Notes: a model not told the origin generated them from the sequence alone. DNA of 64,000 bases from Alphaproteobacteria bacterium (GCA_049653105.1 JBASFQ010000012.1:50356-114355), one strand, 5' to 3'. Counted from the stretch's first letter, positions 1-10,510 are shown. Translations and numbers: made by a program.

Positions 1-1
1 T

Positions 2-1090
2 TTGCTCGCCAAACCAAAATCTGCCGAAAGTGTCGCCACCGGCGGCGGCGGCGGCGCAGATAATCAGGGCGACATGCGGATCAATTATGAGCAGGCTCAG
101 TCGCGCAAGATCGAAGAGTTGTTGGCGCAAAGCGTCGGGTACGGAAAAGTACGCGCCAAAGTGTCCGTCGACATGGATTTTGATCGCATCACCACCCAGT
201 CAGAAATTTATGACCCCGAGAGTCAGGTCGTGCGTTCACAACAGACTGTTTCCGAAGAGTCAAAGAATGCGGAAGGCGGTAATAACGCGGCGGTCTCGGT
301 GCAGAACAACTTGCCCACCGGAATCGAGCAAGGTGGCGGCGCCGACGGCGGCAGCAATAATTCTAACAACCGCACCGAAGAAACGTTTAATTACGAAATC
401 AACAAGACCATCCGCAGCCAGGTACGCGAGGCCGGTCAGGTTCGCCGCCAATCCATCGCCGTCGCCGTTGACGGAAAATATGAACCGGAAAAAGACAAAG
501 AAGGCAAGGAAGTCAAAGACGGAAAGCCCACCTATGTGCCACGTACGTCCGAAGAGATGGAGCAGATTAAATCTTTGGTGCGCTCGGCCGTCAATTTTGA
601 CGCCACACGCGGCGATACGATTGAAGTCGTCAATATGCCATTCCAGCAAGCCGAGGCTGCGCCTGATCAACCTCTGATGGACATGATGTTCGGCGTTCCC
701 AAAGAAGACTTGTTTCACTTGATAGAAATTCTGGTGATGGCAGGCATCGGCGTTCTGGTTTTGCTTCTGGTTGTACGGCCTTTGCTCAACCGGATTCTCG
801 AATCCGCCAGCGCTTCCGGAGCCTCTGGTGGTGGTTCGGATGGAGCCCAGGCTTTAACCGGAGGAAATATGGCGCAACTGGCCGGCCCCTCGGGCTCGGG
901 GGGGGCGATGAGTCAGGGGCTGCTGGAATCTTCGGGCGAAGATAATGCGCTGGAGCAAATGATTGATATCGGCAAGGTTGAAGGTCGCGTCAAGGCGTCA
1001 TCATTGCGTAAAATCGGCGAAATTGTCGAGAAGCATCCGGAAGAGTCTGTAAGCATCCTGCGCAACTGGATTTATCAGGAAACGCGTTAG
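2..1090 (+). CDS. fliF: Flagellar M-ring protein FliF, C-terminal part; 5' end lies outside the window
   Basis: The ORF runs from the window edge. Its C-terminal region has a TM segment (ILVMAGIGVLVLLLVV) and a Gly/Ser-rich tail typical of FliF. It sits immediately upstream of fliG. Confidence 0.8.
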   Translation: MLAKPKSAESVATGGGGGADNQGDMRINYEQAQSRKIEELLAQSVGYGKVRAKVSVDMDFDRITTQSEIYDPESQVVRSQQTVSEESKNAEGGNNAAVSVQNNLPTGIEQGGGADGGSNNSNNRTEETFNYEINKTIRSQVREAGQVRRQSIAVAVDGKYEPEKDKEGKEVKDGKPTYVPRTSEEMEQIKSLVRSAVNFDATRGDTIEVVNMPFQQAEAAPDQPLMDMMFGVPKEDLFHLIEILVMAGIGVLVLLLVVRPLLNRILESASASGASGGGSDGAQALTGGNMAQLAGPSGSGGAMSQGLLESSGEDNALEQMIDIGKVEGRVKASSLRKIGEIVEKHPEESVSILRNWIYQETR

Positions 1091-1110
1091 CCGTTCAGGA
1101 ATGAGCAATC

Positions 1111-2133
1111 ATGGCAGTACGAGTTCGTGACGATATACGCGGCCTCTCCGGCGCCGAGAAAGCAGCGATCCTGATTCTCTCGCTTGGCGAAGAGCATGCG
1201 TCGCGTATTTTTTCGCACATGAATGACGATGAGATTAAAGAGCTTTCTCAGGTCATGGCCAATGTAGGAAATGTCAGCTCGAATCTGGTGGAGCGCCTGT
1301 TCGTCGAGTTTGCGGAGCAGATGTCCTCGACCGGATCATTAACCGGAACAATGGAATCGACCGAACGCCTGCTCACCAAGGTTTTAGATAAAAGTCGCGT
1401 GCAAAGCATCATGGAGGATATACGCGGTCCGGCTGGGCGCACGATGTGGGACAAACTTGCCAACGTGAATGAAGGTGTTTTGGCAAACTATCTTAAGAAC
1501 GAATATCCGCAAACCGTTGCGGTTGTCGTCTCGAAAATCAAGCCAGACCACGCCGCGCGCGTTCTCGCGCAGCTTCCCGAGAGTTTTGCGATGGAAGTCG
1601 TGACGCGGATGCTACGCATGGAATCGGTACAGAAAGACGTTCTCGATGATATAGAGCGCACACTACGCAACGAATTTATGAGCAACCTTGCGCGCACCAA
1701 TCGTCGTGATCCTCACGAAGTGATGGCGGAAATCTTCAACAACCTTGACCGCGCCAATGAAAGTAAGTTCCTGACTTCCCTCGAAGAACACAACCGCGAG
1801 GCATCGGAGAAGATCAAGGCATTGATGTTCACCTTCGACGATCTGGGCAAGTTGGCCGGACCAGCGATTCAGGCAATGATGCGTGTTCTTGACAAGGCAA
1901 AATTGCCTCTGGCGCTCAAGGGAACGACAGATACGATGCGCGACCTGTTTTTTAGCAACATGTCGGAACGTGCCGCAAAATTGCTGCGCGAAGATATACA
2001 GTCGTTAGGCCCTGTGCGGATGCGCGATATCGAAGAAGCGCAACAGCACCTTATTGCCGTCGCCAAGGATTTGGCGGCTAAAGGTGAAATTGTCATCAAT
2101 CAGGGCGGCGAAGAAGAAGAGATGGTGTATTAA
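1111..2133 (+). CDS. fliG: Flagellar motor switch protein FliG
   Basis: 340 aa with a typical FliG N-terminus ([21 protein letters not shown]) and a C-terminal torque-helix region. Gene order is fliF-fliG. Confidence 0.9.
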   Translation: MAVRVRDDIRGLSGAEKAAILILSLGEEHASRIFSHMNDDEIKELSQVMANVGNVSSNLVERLFVEFAEQMSSTGSLTGTMESTERLLTKVLDKSRVQSIMEDIRGPAGRTMWDKLANVNEGVLANYLKNEYPQTVAVVVSKIKPDHAARVLAQLPESFAMEVVTRMLRMESVQKDVLDDIERTLRNEFMSNLARTNRRDPHEVMAEIFNNLDRANESKFLTSLEEHNREASEKIKALMFTFDDLGKLAGPAIQAMMRVLDKAKLPLALKGTTDTMRDLFFSNMSERAAKLLREDIQSLGPVRMRDIEEAQQHLIAVAKDLAAKGEIVINQGGEEEEMVY

Positions 2134-2858
2134 TGATGACAACAACAACCGTACAACCACCGACGCAAAAATTTATGTTCGACCGCACGTTCGACCCGCT
2201 CGCGCCGGTCGAAACCGGGCCGGAAAAGGTGCCTACATACACGCAGGCCGATCTGGACGCTGCCCGGCAATCATCTTTCAACGAAGGATTCGCACAAGGT
2301 GAACAGGCCGCCAACAAAGAACAAACGGCGCGCATTGCCGTCGTCGTGGAAAAAATCGACGGCATGATCGAAAAGCTTCTCCATGACGCCGCGCAACAAC
2401 AGCAGGAGCAACAGTCTGATATTCAAGAGCTGACTCTCGCAATTACTCACAAATTGCTCCCTGATTACATCGCCCGTCATGGCCTTAGCGAGATTGAAAT
2501 GATTTTGATGCAAGTGCTTAAAGAAATGGCGCGGGAACCGCGTCTTGTCGTGCGCGTGCATGACCAGATGCTGGATCCCTTGCAACAGGTTATGCAGGAT
2601 TTAACCGCGCGCGCCGCATATGCCGGCAAAGTTGTTTTGCTTGCCGACGACAAATTAGGCCCCAATGACTGCAAAGTTGAGTGGGCTGACGGCGGCACGG
2701 AACGTGATATCAACGTGATCTGGCATGCCATTGACCAAGCTGTAGGTCGCGGCAAGCTACCAACGCCCGGCGTATCACCTGCTGCGCCGCCATCGCCCGC
2801 GCCTGAATCCCCCCCTAATCCCAATCCACCATCTGCTGCTGAGGAGCGCTCCCCATGA
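2133..2858 (+). CDS. fliH: FliH-like flagellar assembly protein
   Basis: 241 aa between fliG and fliN. The start overlaps the fliG stop (ATGA). The central region is Gln/Glu-rich and coiled-coil-like, and the C-terminus is Pro-rich. Called by position and weak similarity to the FliH family. Confidence 0.5.
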   Translation: MMTTTTVQPPTQKFMFDRTFDPLAPVETGPEKVPTYTQADLDAARQSSFNEGFAQGEQAANKEQTARIAVVVEKIDGMIEKLLHDAAQQQQEQQSDIQELTLAITHKLLPDYIARHGLSEIEMILMQVLKEMAREPRLVVRVHDQMLDPLQQVMQDLTARAAYAGKVVLLADDKLGPNDCKVEWADGGTERDINVIWHAIDQAVGRGKLPTPGVSPAAPPSPAPESPPNPNPPSAAEERSP

Positions 2859-3187
2859 CCAACAACGAAACCCTGGAACTGAGCGAACTTGAAGGGCAGA
2901 CACCGCCTGCTGCGCCCCCGACCGCCGCCACACAAAACGTCTCTGTTGAAGAACTGGGCGCGGTTTATGGCATCCCGGTGCAGGTCTCGGCGGTGCTCGG
3001 CAAGGCCGAAATGCCGGTCAGCCACCTGCTCAAACTTGGCCGTGGCGCCGTCATTGAGCTGGATCGCAAGGTTGGTGAAGCCATTGATATTTACGTCAAC
3101 AATCGTCTGGTCGCACGTGGCGAAGTCGTGGTCGTCGAGGATCGACTGGGCATCACCATGACGGAAATAATCAAGGCAGAATCGTAA
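2855..3187 (+). CDS. fliN: Flagellar motor switch protein FliN (SpoA domain)
   Basis: 110 aa. The C-terminal SpoA/FliN domain is present (IPVQVSAVLGKAEMPVSHLLKLGRGAVIELDR...IYVNNRLVARGEVVVVEDRLGITMTEII). Confidence 0.85.
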   Translation: MTNNETLELSELEGQTPPAAPPTAATQNVSVEELGAVYGIPVQVSAVLGKAEMPVSHLLKLGRGAVIELDRKVGEAIDIYVNNRLVARGEVVVVEDRLGITMTEIIKAES

Positions 3188-3222
3188 TTCCCTCCTCATT
3201 TTTCTAACCAAAGGATACCACG

Positions 3223-4599
3223 ATGCGGTTATTGATCGTCGGCCAACTTGAAGGCTATATCACCGAAGCAGGCCGTATGGCCGTCGCGCGTGGCGCCAAG
3301 GTAGCGCATATCGACGATGTTGATGGTGCTCTGGGCGCATTGCGCGGCGGTCAAGGTGCCGATCTCGTGATGTGTGATATCAAGCGCGACATTGCCCGCC
3401 TGATCGAAAGCCTTAAGAGTGAGCGCATCATTGTTCCCGTGGTCGCCTGTGGTATCGGCACCGACGCCAATGCCGCTGTGCGTGCCATTCGCGCGGGCGC
3501 GAAAGAGTATGTTCCCCTACCCCCGGATGCCGACCTGATCGCTGCCGTTCTGGAAGCTGTCGCCGAGGAAAGCAATGCCATGATCGCGCGCGATCCTGTG
3601 ATGCGTCCGATCATCGAATTGGCAGAAAAAATTGCCCCCAGCGACGCCTCGGTGCTTATCACCGGTGAAAGCGGCACGGGCAAAGAGGTCATGGCGCGTT
3701 TTATCCACCGCAAGAGCAAACGCGCCGCGCAGAGTTTTGTTTCCCTGAACTGCGCCGCCATTCCGGAAAATCTGCTTGAATCCGAGCTATTCGGCCACGA
3801 AAAAGGGGCTTTTACCGGTGCGGTGGCGCGACGGATCGGCAAGTTCGAAGAAGCCAACGGCGGCACACTCTTGCTCGATGAAATCAGCGAAATGGATTTA
3901 CGGCTGCAAGCCAAGTTGTTGCGCGCCATTCAGGAACGTGAAATCGACCGCGTCGGCGGCACACAACCGGTCAAGGTTGATATCCGGCTTCTCGCCACAT
4001 CAAACCGCGATCTCGAAGCCGAAGTCAAAGCCAAGCGCTTTCGTGAGGATCTGTATTTCCGGCTCAATGTCGTCAGCCTTCCCTTACCTTCCTTGCGTAG
4101 CCGCCCGGCTGATATCTCGGCCTTGGCCGATCATTTTTCTCAGAAATACGCGCAAGCCAATGGATTGCCGCCGCGTCCTCTGGCGCCCGCCACGCTCCAG
4201 ATGCTCACGACGCATTATTGGCGTGGCAATGTCCGCGAGTTGGAAAACACCATGCATCGGGCCGTGCTACTGGCGCACGGCTCGGACATTGGCCCCGAAT
4301 CCATTGTCCTCACGGGACAAAGTTTTGCACCTGATTCCGGTGCGCCGACAGCCATAGCCGCGCAGATCTCGGGGCGCGCCCATGATCCGGCCCCCCCCAG
4401 TCAGCTGGTCGGTCGTACAGTGGCCGATGTTGAACGCGACCTTATCATCGATACGCTGGAACATACCTTGGGCAACCGCACACACGCGGCAAATATTCTT
4501 GGCATCTCGATCCGCACATTGCGGAACAAGCTCAAGCAGTATAACGAAGCCGGCGTAAATGTTCCTGCCGCCAGCGGTGAGGAGCGGATCGCCCAATGA
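3223..4599 (+). CDS. flbD: Sigma-54-dependent flagellar transcriptional activator FlbD
   Basis: 458 aa with an atypical N-terminal receiver domain, an AAA+ sigma-54 activator core (GESGTGKEV, GAFTGA) and a C-terminal HTH. The N-terminus closely resembles Caulobacter FlbD (MRLL.VG.L.G...). The stop overlaps the flhA start. Confidence 0.85.
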   Translation: MRLLIVGQLEGYITEAGRMAVARGAKVAHIDDVDGALGALRGGQGADLVMCDIKRDIARLIESLKSERIIVPVVACGIGTDANAAVRAIRAGAKEYVPLPPDADLIAAVLEAVAEESNAMIARDPVMRPIIELAEKIAPSDASVLITGESGTGKEVMARFIHRKSKRAAQSFVSLNCAAIPENLLESELFGHEKGAFTGAVARRIGKFEEANGGTLLLDEISEMDLRLQAKLLRAIQEREIDRVGGTQPVKVDIRLLATSNRDLEAEVKAKRFREDLYFRLNVVSLPLPSLRSRPADISALADHFSQKYAQANGLPPRPLAPATLQMLTTHYWRGNVRELENTMHRAVLLAHGSDIGPESIVLTGQSFAPDSGAPTAIAAQISGRAHDPAPPSQLVGRTVADVERDLIIDTLEHTLGNRTHAANILGISIRTLRNKLKQYNEAGVNVPAASGEERIAQ

Positions 4600-6734
4600 A
4601 CGCGCCAGTCGGCAACAATACCAACCTGACAGTCAGCAACAACGCTCCTGCGCTCTCCACATCGGGAACACCAACCGGGTCCGGAAGCGTGTGGCAGCGC
4701 GGCGAGGTTTGGCTTGCCATTGGGCTGATGGTCATTCTTTCCCTGCTGATTTTTCCAATTCCGGCAATGCTGGTCGATTTAGGTCTGGCGATTTCGATTA
4801 CATTTTCCGTCATTATTCTCATGACTGTACTCTTCATCAATAAACCTTTAGATTTTAGTTCATTTCCTACTGTCCTGCTTATCGCGACGCTGCTGCGCCT
4901 GTCGCTCAATCTGGGAACAACGCGCCTGGTGCTGACACACGGCAACGAAGGCGAAGATGCCGCAGGTCAGGTGGTCAAGGCCTTCGCCGGTTTCGTCATG
5001 GGTGGTGATTTCATCATCGGAGTTATTGTTTTTGCTATTATTACCATTGTTAATTTTGTGGTCATCACCAAGGGGTCGGGCCGTATCGCCGAAGTCGCGG
5101 CGCGCTTTACCCTTGACGCCATGCCTGGCAAACAAATGGCCATTGACGCCGACTTATCATCCGGCCTGATTGACGAATCCGAAGCGCGCAAGCGACGTAA
5201 GGAGCTGGAAGACGAAAGCAGTTTCTTCGGTTCCATGGATGGTGCGGCAAAATTTGTGCGCGGCGACGCAGTTGCCGGTTTGATTATCACCTTTATCAAC
5301 GGCATCGGCGGCATCGCTATTGGCGTTGTGCGTCATGAAATGAAGGTTCTCGACGCTGCCGACGTCTATGTTAAACTTACTGTCGGCGACGGCCTTGTAA
5401 CGCAAATTCCTTCCCTTCTGGTCTCGGTTGCCGCTGGTATGCTGGTTTCCAAAGCCGGACAAACCGGGTCAACGGACAAAGCCCTGTTCAATCAGCTGGG
5501 TGGTTATCCTGCCGCACTGGGACTGACTTCGGCGATGCTGATGATAATGGCGATCATGCCCGGCATGCCGATGATCCCTTTTGTGCTCCTGGGAAGTATC
5601 GCAGGTTTTGCCGCCTATGGCAGCAGCCAGAAGATAAGCAAGCTCGCGGTGGAAAAAGCCAAAGCTGAGTCAGATCTTGCCAAAGCGGCTCCGGTTGCCG
5701 AAGAGCCGATTAATAAATCTCTGACCATCGACATTGTACGTCTTGAACTGGGTTATGCGTTGTTGGCGCTGATCAATAGTGACCAAGGGCAGAAGCTGAC
5801 CGACCAGATCAAGGCGCTCCGGCGGCAGTTGGCGGGCGACCTCGGCTTTATCATGCCTGCCGTCCGCATTCAGGATAACCTGCAGTTGCCGCCTAACAGT
5901 TATGTCATTCGTTTCAAGGAAATCGAGGCCGGGCGCGGTGAATTGCGTCCTGGGATGTTGATGGTCATGGATCCGCGCGGCGAGCCTCTGGCTCTGCCTG
6001 GTGAGATGACCACCGAACCTGCATTTGGTCTACCGGCCATGTGGGTCGATCAGACTTATCGTGAAGAAGCTTTGTTCAAGGGCTATTCTGTTGTCGATCC
6101 CCCGACCATCATCACCACGCACCTGACGGAATTGATCAAGGATAATATGGCAGAAATGCTTTCCTATTCTGAAACCCAGAAGCTCCTTGATGAACTGGGG
6201 AAAGAGCAACAGAAGCTGATCACCGATGTTATCCCCACACAGATTACAGTCACGGGATTGCAGCGCGTGTTACAACACCTGCTTTCCGAACGCATTTCCA
6301 TCCGCGATTTGGCGACAATTCTGGAAGGAGTATCAGAAGCATCAAACGCAACACGCAACCTGACCCTGATCGCCGAGCATGTACGCATGCGGCTGGCGCG
6401 GCAGATTTCTGACATGCATACCAATGACATAGGGTATATCCCTCTGCTGGCGCTTTCTCCAGATTGGGAACGCGATTTCAATGAGGCCTTGATCGGACAG
6501 GGCGACGAGCGTCAGTTGGCGCTTGCCCCCAGCAAGCTCCAGGCGTTTATTCGCAGCGTACGTGAAACCTATGACCGCCACGGAGCGATGGGCGAACAGC
6601 CTATTCTTCTGACCAGCCCTGGCGTTCGTCCCTATGTCCGGTCTATTATCGAGCGTTTCCGGCCAGCAACGGCCGTGATGTCACAGAATGAAATTCATCC
6701 CAAAGCCAAAATCAAAACACTGGGTCAAATCTGA
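4596..6734 (+). CDS. flhA: Flagellar biosynthesis protein FlhA (type III export gate)
   Basis: 712 aa with a polytopic N-terminal membrane domain, the FHIPEP signature and a large cytoplasmic C-terminal domain. Confidence 0.92.
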   Translation: MNAPVGNNTNLTVSNNAPALSTSGTPTGSGSVWQRGEVWLAIGLMVILSLLIFPIPAMLVDLGLAISITFSVIILMTVLFINKPLDFSSFPTVLLIATLLRLSLNLGTTRLVLTHGNEGEDAAGQVVKAFAGFVMGGDFIIGVIVFAIITIVNFVVITKGSGRIAEVAARFTLDAMPGKQMAIDADLSSGLIDESEARKRRKELEDESSFFGSMDGAAKFVRGDAVAGLIITFINGIGGIAIGVVRHEMKVLDAADVYVKLTVGDGLVTQIPSLLVSVAAGMLVSKAGQTGSTDKALFNQLGGYPAALGLTSAMLMIMAIMPGMPMIPFVLLGSIAGFAAYGSSQKISKLAVEKAKAESDLAKAAPVAEEPINKSLTIDIVRLELGYALLALINSDQGQKLTDQIKALRRQLAGDLGFIMPAVRIQDNLQLPPNSYVIRFKEIEAGRGELRPGMLMVMDPRGEPLALPGEMTTEPAFGLPAMWVDQTYREEALFKGYSVVDPPTIITTHLTELIKDNMAEMLSYSETQKLLDELGKEQQKLITDVIPTQITVTGLQRVLQHLLSERISIRDLATILEGVSEASNATRNLTLIAEHVRMRLARQISDMHTNDIGYIPLLALSPDWERDFNEALIGQGDERQLALAPSKLQAFIRSVRETYDRHGAMGEQPILLTSPGVRPYVRSIIERFRPATAVMSQNEIHPKAKIKTLGQI

Positions 6735-7708
6735 TGCGGCTTAAATCTTTCCACGGCGCTACGATTTCCGATGCCATGCGGCAGGTGCGCGACGCCTTTG
6801 GCGACGATGCCATCATCGTGGCCACACGGGACGACGATCAGGGTGGCGTGCGCGTTACCGCCGCCGTTGATGAAGCGCCGGGACAGGCCGTGGCATTGCC
6901 AGATATTGAAAGCGGCGAAGACATTATCGAACGAGTCTCCGACGCGCTTTTCCGTCATGGTGTTCACGCAGGGTTGGCCGAAAAATTGTTGGCCACGGCC
7001 ACGAATTTTGCCGAAGACGACCCTGTTATCGCCTTGGCCGCCGGATTCGACGCGCATATTCCTTTTCGCACGCCATCGGATGCCCCACGCCCAATTGTGC
7101 TTATTGGCCCGCCGGGAAGCGGCAAGACCTTGGCCGTGGCGAAACTCGCGACTGCGGCGCGGATTAAGGACAAGCCCCTGGCCGTTATTACGACCGATCT
7201 TGTACGCGCGGGCGGTGTTGACCAGCTTGCAGCCTATACGAATGTCATGAAAATCAAACTTTTGGAAATCGAGGAAGCGCAGGCTGCCGCCGATGCTGTC
7301 GCGGAAATGACGGCCAAGAACATCGTTCTGGTCGATACGGCCGGATGCAATCCCTTCGATCCCGCAGCGCGCGATGAGTTGCAAGCGCTGATACGCAAAA
7401 TCAACGGGGACATCGTCATGGCTCTTCCTTGCGGTCTGGACAGCGAAGACGGCATTGATCTGGCACAGACATTCAAAAAACTAGGCGCGACGCAACTGCT
7501 CTTTACCCGTGCCGATGTCACGCGCCGTTTTGGCAGCACCCTGAACATCGCCGGAGCCTCGGGTCTTGAACTGGCCTATTTGAGCCAGTCGGCCAATGTG
7601 ACTACACCACTTTTGACCATGAATCCGATCACGCTCGCGCGTTTTATTTTGGAACCACCCGCCGTGCAACAACGGAATGACCTGCCGCAAACCGGTACGC
7701 ACGCATAA
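6734..7708 (+). CDS. flhF: Flagellar biosynthesis SRP-type GTPase FlhF
   Basis: 324 aa with an SRP-GTPase-like P-loop (LIGPPGSGKT), DTAG and TRAD motifs. Located directly after flhA. Confidence 0.8.
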   Translation: MRLKSFHGATISDAMRQVRDAFGDDAIIVATRDDDQGGVRVTAAVDEAPGQAVALPDIESGEDIIERVSDALFRHGVHAGLAEKLLATATNFAEDDPVIALAAGFDAHIPFRTPSDAPRPIVLIGPPGSGKTLAVAKLATAARIKDKPLAVITTDLVRAGGVDQLAAYTNVMKIKLLEIEEAQAAADAVAEMTAKNIVLVDTAGCNPFDPAARDELQALIRKINGDIVMALPCGLDSEDGIDLAQTFKKLGATQLLFTRADVTRRFGSTLNIAGASGLELAYLSQSANVTTPLLTMNPITLARFILEPPAVQQRNDLPQTGTHA

Positions 7709-7719
7709 AGGAGCCTCTT

Positions 7720-8514
7720 ATGACCGAACCCATTCCCCTTAGCGGCACTGCGTCGCCTGCGGCGCAGCTTCGTGTTCCCAACCTTTACGCCGTCGCCAGC
7801 GGCAAAGGCGGCGTCGGCAAGACATGGTTTTCTATCACGCTCTGCCACGCTTTGGCAGCACAGGGTAAACGGGTTCTGCTTTTCGACGGCGATCTTGGTC
7901 TTGCCAATATTGATATCCAGCTTGGCCTTACACCCAAGAACGATCTTGGCGCTGTGGTTGAAAACAAAGTGACACTAGCCGGGGCCGTGACGCATTACGA
8001 GACAGGGAAATTCGATGTTCTGGCCGGACGTTCTGGCTCCGGCAATCTCGCAACAATGCCGACGCAGAAACTGAACGACCTGCGCACGGAACTAATTAAT
8101 CTGGCCAAGAGTTACGACCATGTCGTTATTGATCTTGGCGCGGGTGTTGATCGCGCCGTGCGCCATATGGCCGGACCGGCAGCAATTTGCTTCATCGTGG
8201 TAACGGACGAACCAACGTCACTCACTGATGCCTATGCCTTCGTAAAGTTAACGCGCGCCGCCAACCCGCGTGCCGATTTGCGGATTGTTGCTAATATGGC
8301 CGCCAACCAGACCGAAGGGTTACGCACCTATGATACTATTAAAAAAGCCTGCGCCAATTTTCTGCACTTTGAGCCGCCGTTGGCAGGTATTATCCGCCGT
8401 GACAATAAAGTGCGCGACGCAATCCGAGCCCAAACATCAATCATGGTGCGTTCGCCAGAAGCCGATGCGGCAAAAGACGTTGTTCATCTGGTCAACGAAA
8501 ATTTCGGTAAATAG
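7720..8514 (+). CDS. fleN: MinD/ParA-family ATPase FleN/FlhG (flagellar number regulator)
   Basis: 264 aa with a deviant Walker A (ASGKGGVGKTW). Located directly downstream of flhF, the canonical partner position. Confidence 0.75.
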   Translation: MTEPIPLSGTASPAAQLRVPNLYAVASGKGGVGKTWFSITLCHALAAQGKRVLLFDGDLGLANIDIQLGLTPKNDLGAVVENKVTLAGAVTHYETGKFDVLAGRSGSGNLATMPTQKLNDLRTELINLAKSYDHVVIDLGAGVDRAVRHMAGPAAICFIVVTDEPTSLTDAYAFVKLTRAANPRADLRIVANMAANQTEGLRTYDTIKKACANFLHFEPPLAGIIRRDNKVRDAIRAQTSIMVRSPEADAAKDVVHLVNENFGK

Positions 8515-8528
8515 CGGGGACAGGCGCG

Positions 8529-10046
8529 ATGGCCGATATTACGCCAACGCCACCCGTTATTCCGCCGCTGGCGCAGACGACAGCACCACCCGCCGTTTTT
8601 CCCACAAGCTTGCTGCCGGTGCAAATACTTGACCTGCCCGACGCTTTGCTTCATGTGCAGCAACAGATCAGCCTGACCGGTGCATTACAAGTTGCCGCCG
8701 AAAACCATCTTGCGCTCAGCACCACGCTCGGCAAGATTTTATTCGATCTGCCGCTGCTGCGTAACAACCCACTCTTGCTGCAGCAACTCCTGCCCTTTAT
8801 CGAGAGCGGGAAAACGGTGCAATTGCATTTGGCGGCCTCTCCCGATGGCGTTCTGCACGGTAATCTTATTCTCTCCGCCACCACGCCACTGTCCACGACG
8901 CCTCAACAACCAAGCGGTTCAAGCATACCCAATCTTTTGGGAAAAGAGGTCGCTGTTCTTATTTTATCGCAAGATCCAGAGACACCTGCGTCCACAGCAT
9001 TTCCAGCCTATTCTTTACAAAATGCGCCGCCAGCACCGGCGCTTTCAAGGCTTGCACAACAATTCCTGCATCTTCTTACCGGCGCTTCTCAGAGCCAGAA
9101 TGCAGGAGCATCGTCAGACCTTGTGCCGTCACCTCCCCAACTTAATCAGGGCATGAACCTTAAAATCCAGAACTTCGTTGCGCCCGGTCAGACACCACCC
9201 GAGCTCGCTGCGGATGAATTTGTCGCGACCGTGACAGGATACAGCACTCCATTGCAAAACCCCGTGCTTCAGGCCGGCAACACCTCTATCATGTTGAAAA
9301 CCAGCATGCCCCTCCAGATCGGCGGCATGGTGGTATTGAAACTCCCTCAGCCGCAGGCGGCAGAGATTCCCGATGCTTCCGATCTGAACAAAAGCACCTG
9401 GCCGATTTTGGAACAGCTTGTAGCTCGACCACAAGTGACAGACCCGGTACCCTTGCAGCAGTTTGTGCAAAACCGCATGCCACAAATGAATCAGGCCATG
9501 GGTGGTGCGATGCTATTTATGCTGGCCGCATTCAATCGCGGCGATGCGCGTCAATGGCTGGGACGCGATATGGTTGAATCCCTGGAACAGGCCGGCAAAA
9601 AAAATCTCGTGACCGCGTTGCAAGAAGAAATGCGGGAAAGTATGTCCACGACGACTGATCCCGTCGTCGGCCAGTGGCGCGTTTATCATTTGCCCTACCT
9701 GACGCAGGGTCAGCTTGCGCCGCTACATATATATGTCCACCATGATGGCGAGAACGGTGAAAAAGGGGAGCCCGGAAAAAAACCGGGGCACAAAACACGC
9801 TTTGTCATTGACGTTACCTTCACGCGCCTTGGCGCAATGCAGTTTGACGGCTTTGTCCAGAAGACAAAATTTGATCTTCTGCTCCGCAGTGAACGAATAC
9901 TGGATCCAGGCCTGCGCCACGAATTGCGTTTTGCCTTCACCGAAGCCGTCGGCGCTGTCGGCTATACCGGGCAACTCATGTTCCAGCAGGGCTCACAAGG
10001 CTGGATGCGTTTTCCACAAAACAAACACGAAGTGTTACAAGCTTAA
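8529..10046 (+). CDS. Pro/Gln-rich protein, possibly flagellar hook-length control protein (FliK-like)
   Basis: 505 aa with a low-complexity Pro/Ala/Gln-rich N-terminal two thirds. The C-terminal ~90 aa (LGAMQFDGFVQKTKFDLLLRSERILDPGLRHELRFAFTEAVGAVGYTGQLMF) resembles the Flg_hook domain layout. Lies downstream of flhF-fleN. Confidence 0.35.
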   Translation: MADITPTPPVIPPLAQTTAPPAVFPTSLLPVQILDLPDALLHVQQQISLTGALQVAAENHLALSTTLGKILFDLPLLRNNPLLLQQLLPFIESGKTVQLHLAASPDGVLHGNLILSATTPLSTTPQQPSGSSIPNLLGKEVAVLILSQDPETPASTAFPAYSLQNAPPAPALSRLAQQFLHLLTGASQSQNAGASSDLVPSPPQLNQGMNLKIQNFVAPGQTPPELAADEFVATVTGYSTPLQNPVLQAGNTSIMLKTSMPLQIGGMVVLKLPQPQAAEIPDASDLNKSTWPILEQLVARPQVTDPVPLQQFVQNRMPQMNQAMGGAMLFMLAAFNRGDARQWLGRDMVESLEQAGKKNLVTALQEEMRESMSTTTDPVVGQWRVYHLPYLTQGQLAPLHIYVHHDGENGEKGEPGKKPGHKTRFVIDVTFTRLGAMQFDGFVQKTKFDLLLRSERILDPGLRHELRFAFTEAVGAVGYTGQLMFQQGSQGWMRFPQNKHEVLQA

Positions 10047-10510
10047 GATTCTGTTCCGTACAGATCATGCGCGCGCGTTTCGAAGGCATGTGCCATACGC
10101 TTCATGGCGTTTTCAAAGAAAGCTCCAAAAAGGTTGGCAAACAGCGGCGTCCTGAAGGCAAAAGCCAAATCAAACCCCAGTTCACAGCCTCCCTTGGCTG
10201 ACGCAAACTGCCAGGAATTTTGTAAGTGCGACAATGGGCCGCTGACATAGCTGACCTCTATATTGCGATGGGGATGCAACGCAACAACCGACGTAAATTT
10301 TTCACGAAACATCTTATAGCCAACAATCAAATCGGCTTTCATCTCTTCATCATTGCGTGCCGTTACCCGCGCATCGAGGCACCAGGGTAAGAATTCTGGG
10401 TAGCTATCGACATCCGCCACCAATGTGAACAGTTGCTCTGGCGTATAAGGCAGGAAACGCTTCTCGGAATGCTTCAACATAACGCTGGCTGGCCCCGCAT
10501 CCACAAACAA
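10043..10510 (-). CDS. SRPBCC-family protein (RatA/COQ10-like; polyketide cyclase/dehydrase fold)
   Basis: 155 aa (LFTLVADVDSYPEFLPWC...). This is the conserved alphaproteobacterial neighbour downstream of lipA. Its 3' end overlaps the convergent FliK-like ORF by 4 nt. Confidence 0.6.
   Translation of the reverse strand: MFVDAGPASVMLKHSEKRFLPYTPEQLFTLVADVDSYPEFLPWCLDARVTARNDEEMKADLIVGYKMFREKFTSVVALHPHRNIEVSYVSGPLSHLQNSWQFASAKGGCELGFDLAFAFRTPLFANLFGAFFENAMKRMAHAFETRAHDLYGTES

Noticed and set aside
41-60. A (GGC)n run at the window start that could be flagged as a microsatellite.
   Set aside because: It encodes a short poly-Gly stretch within the fliF reading frame. It is only about 6 units long and not obviously variable.
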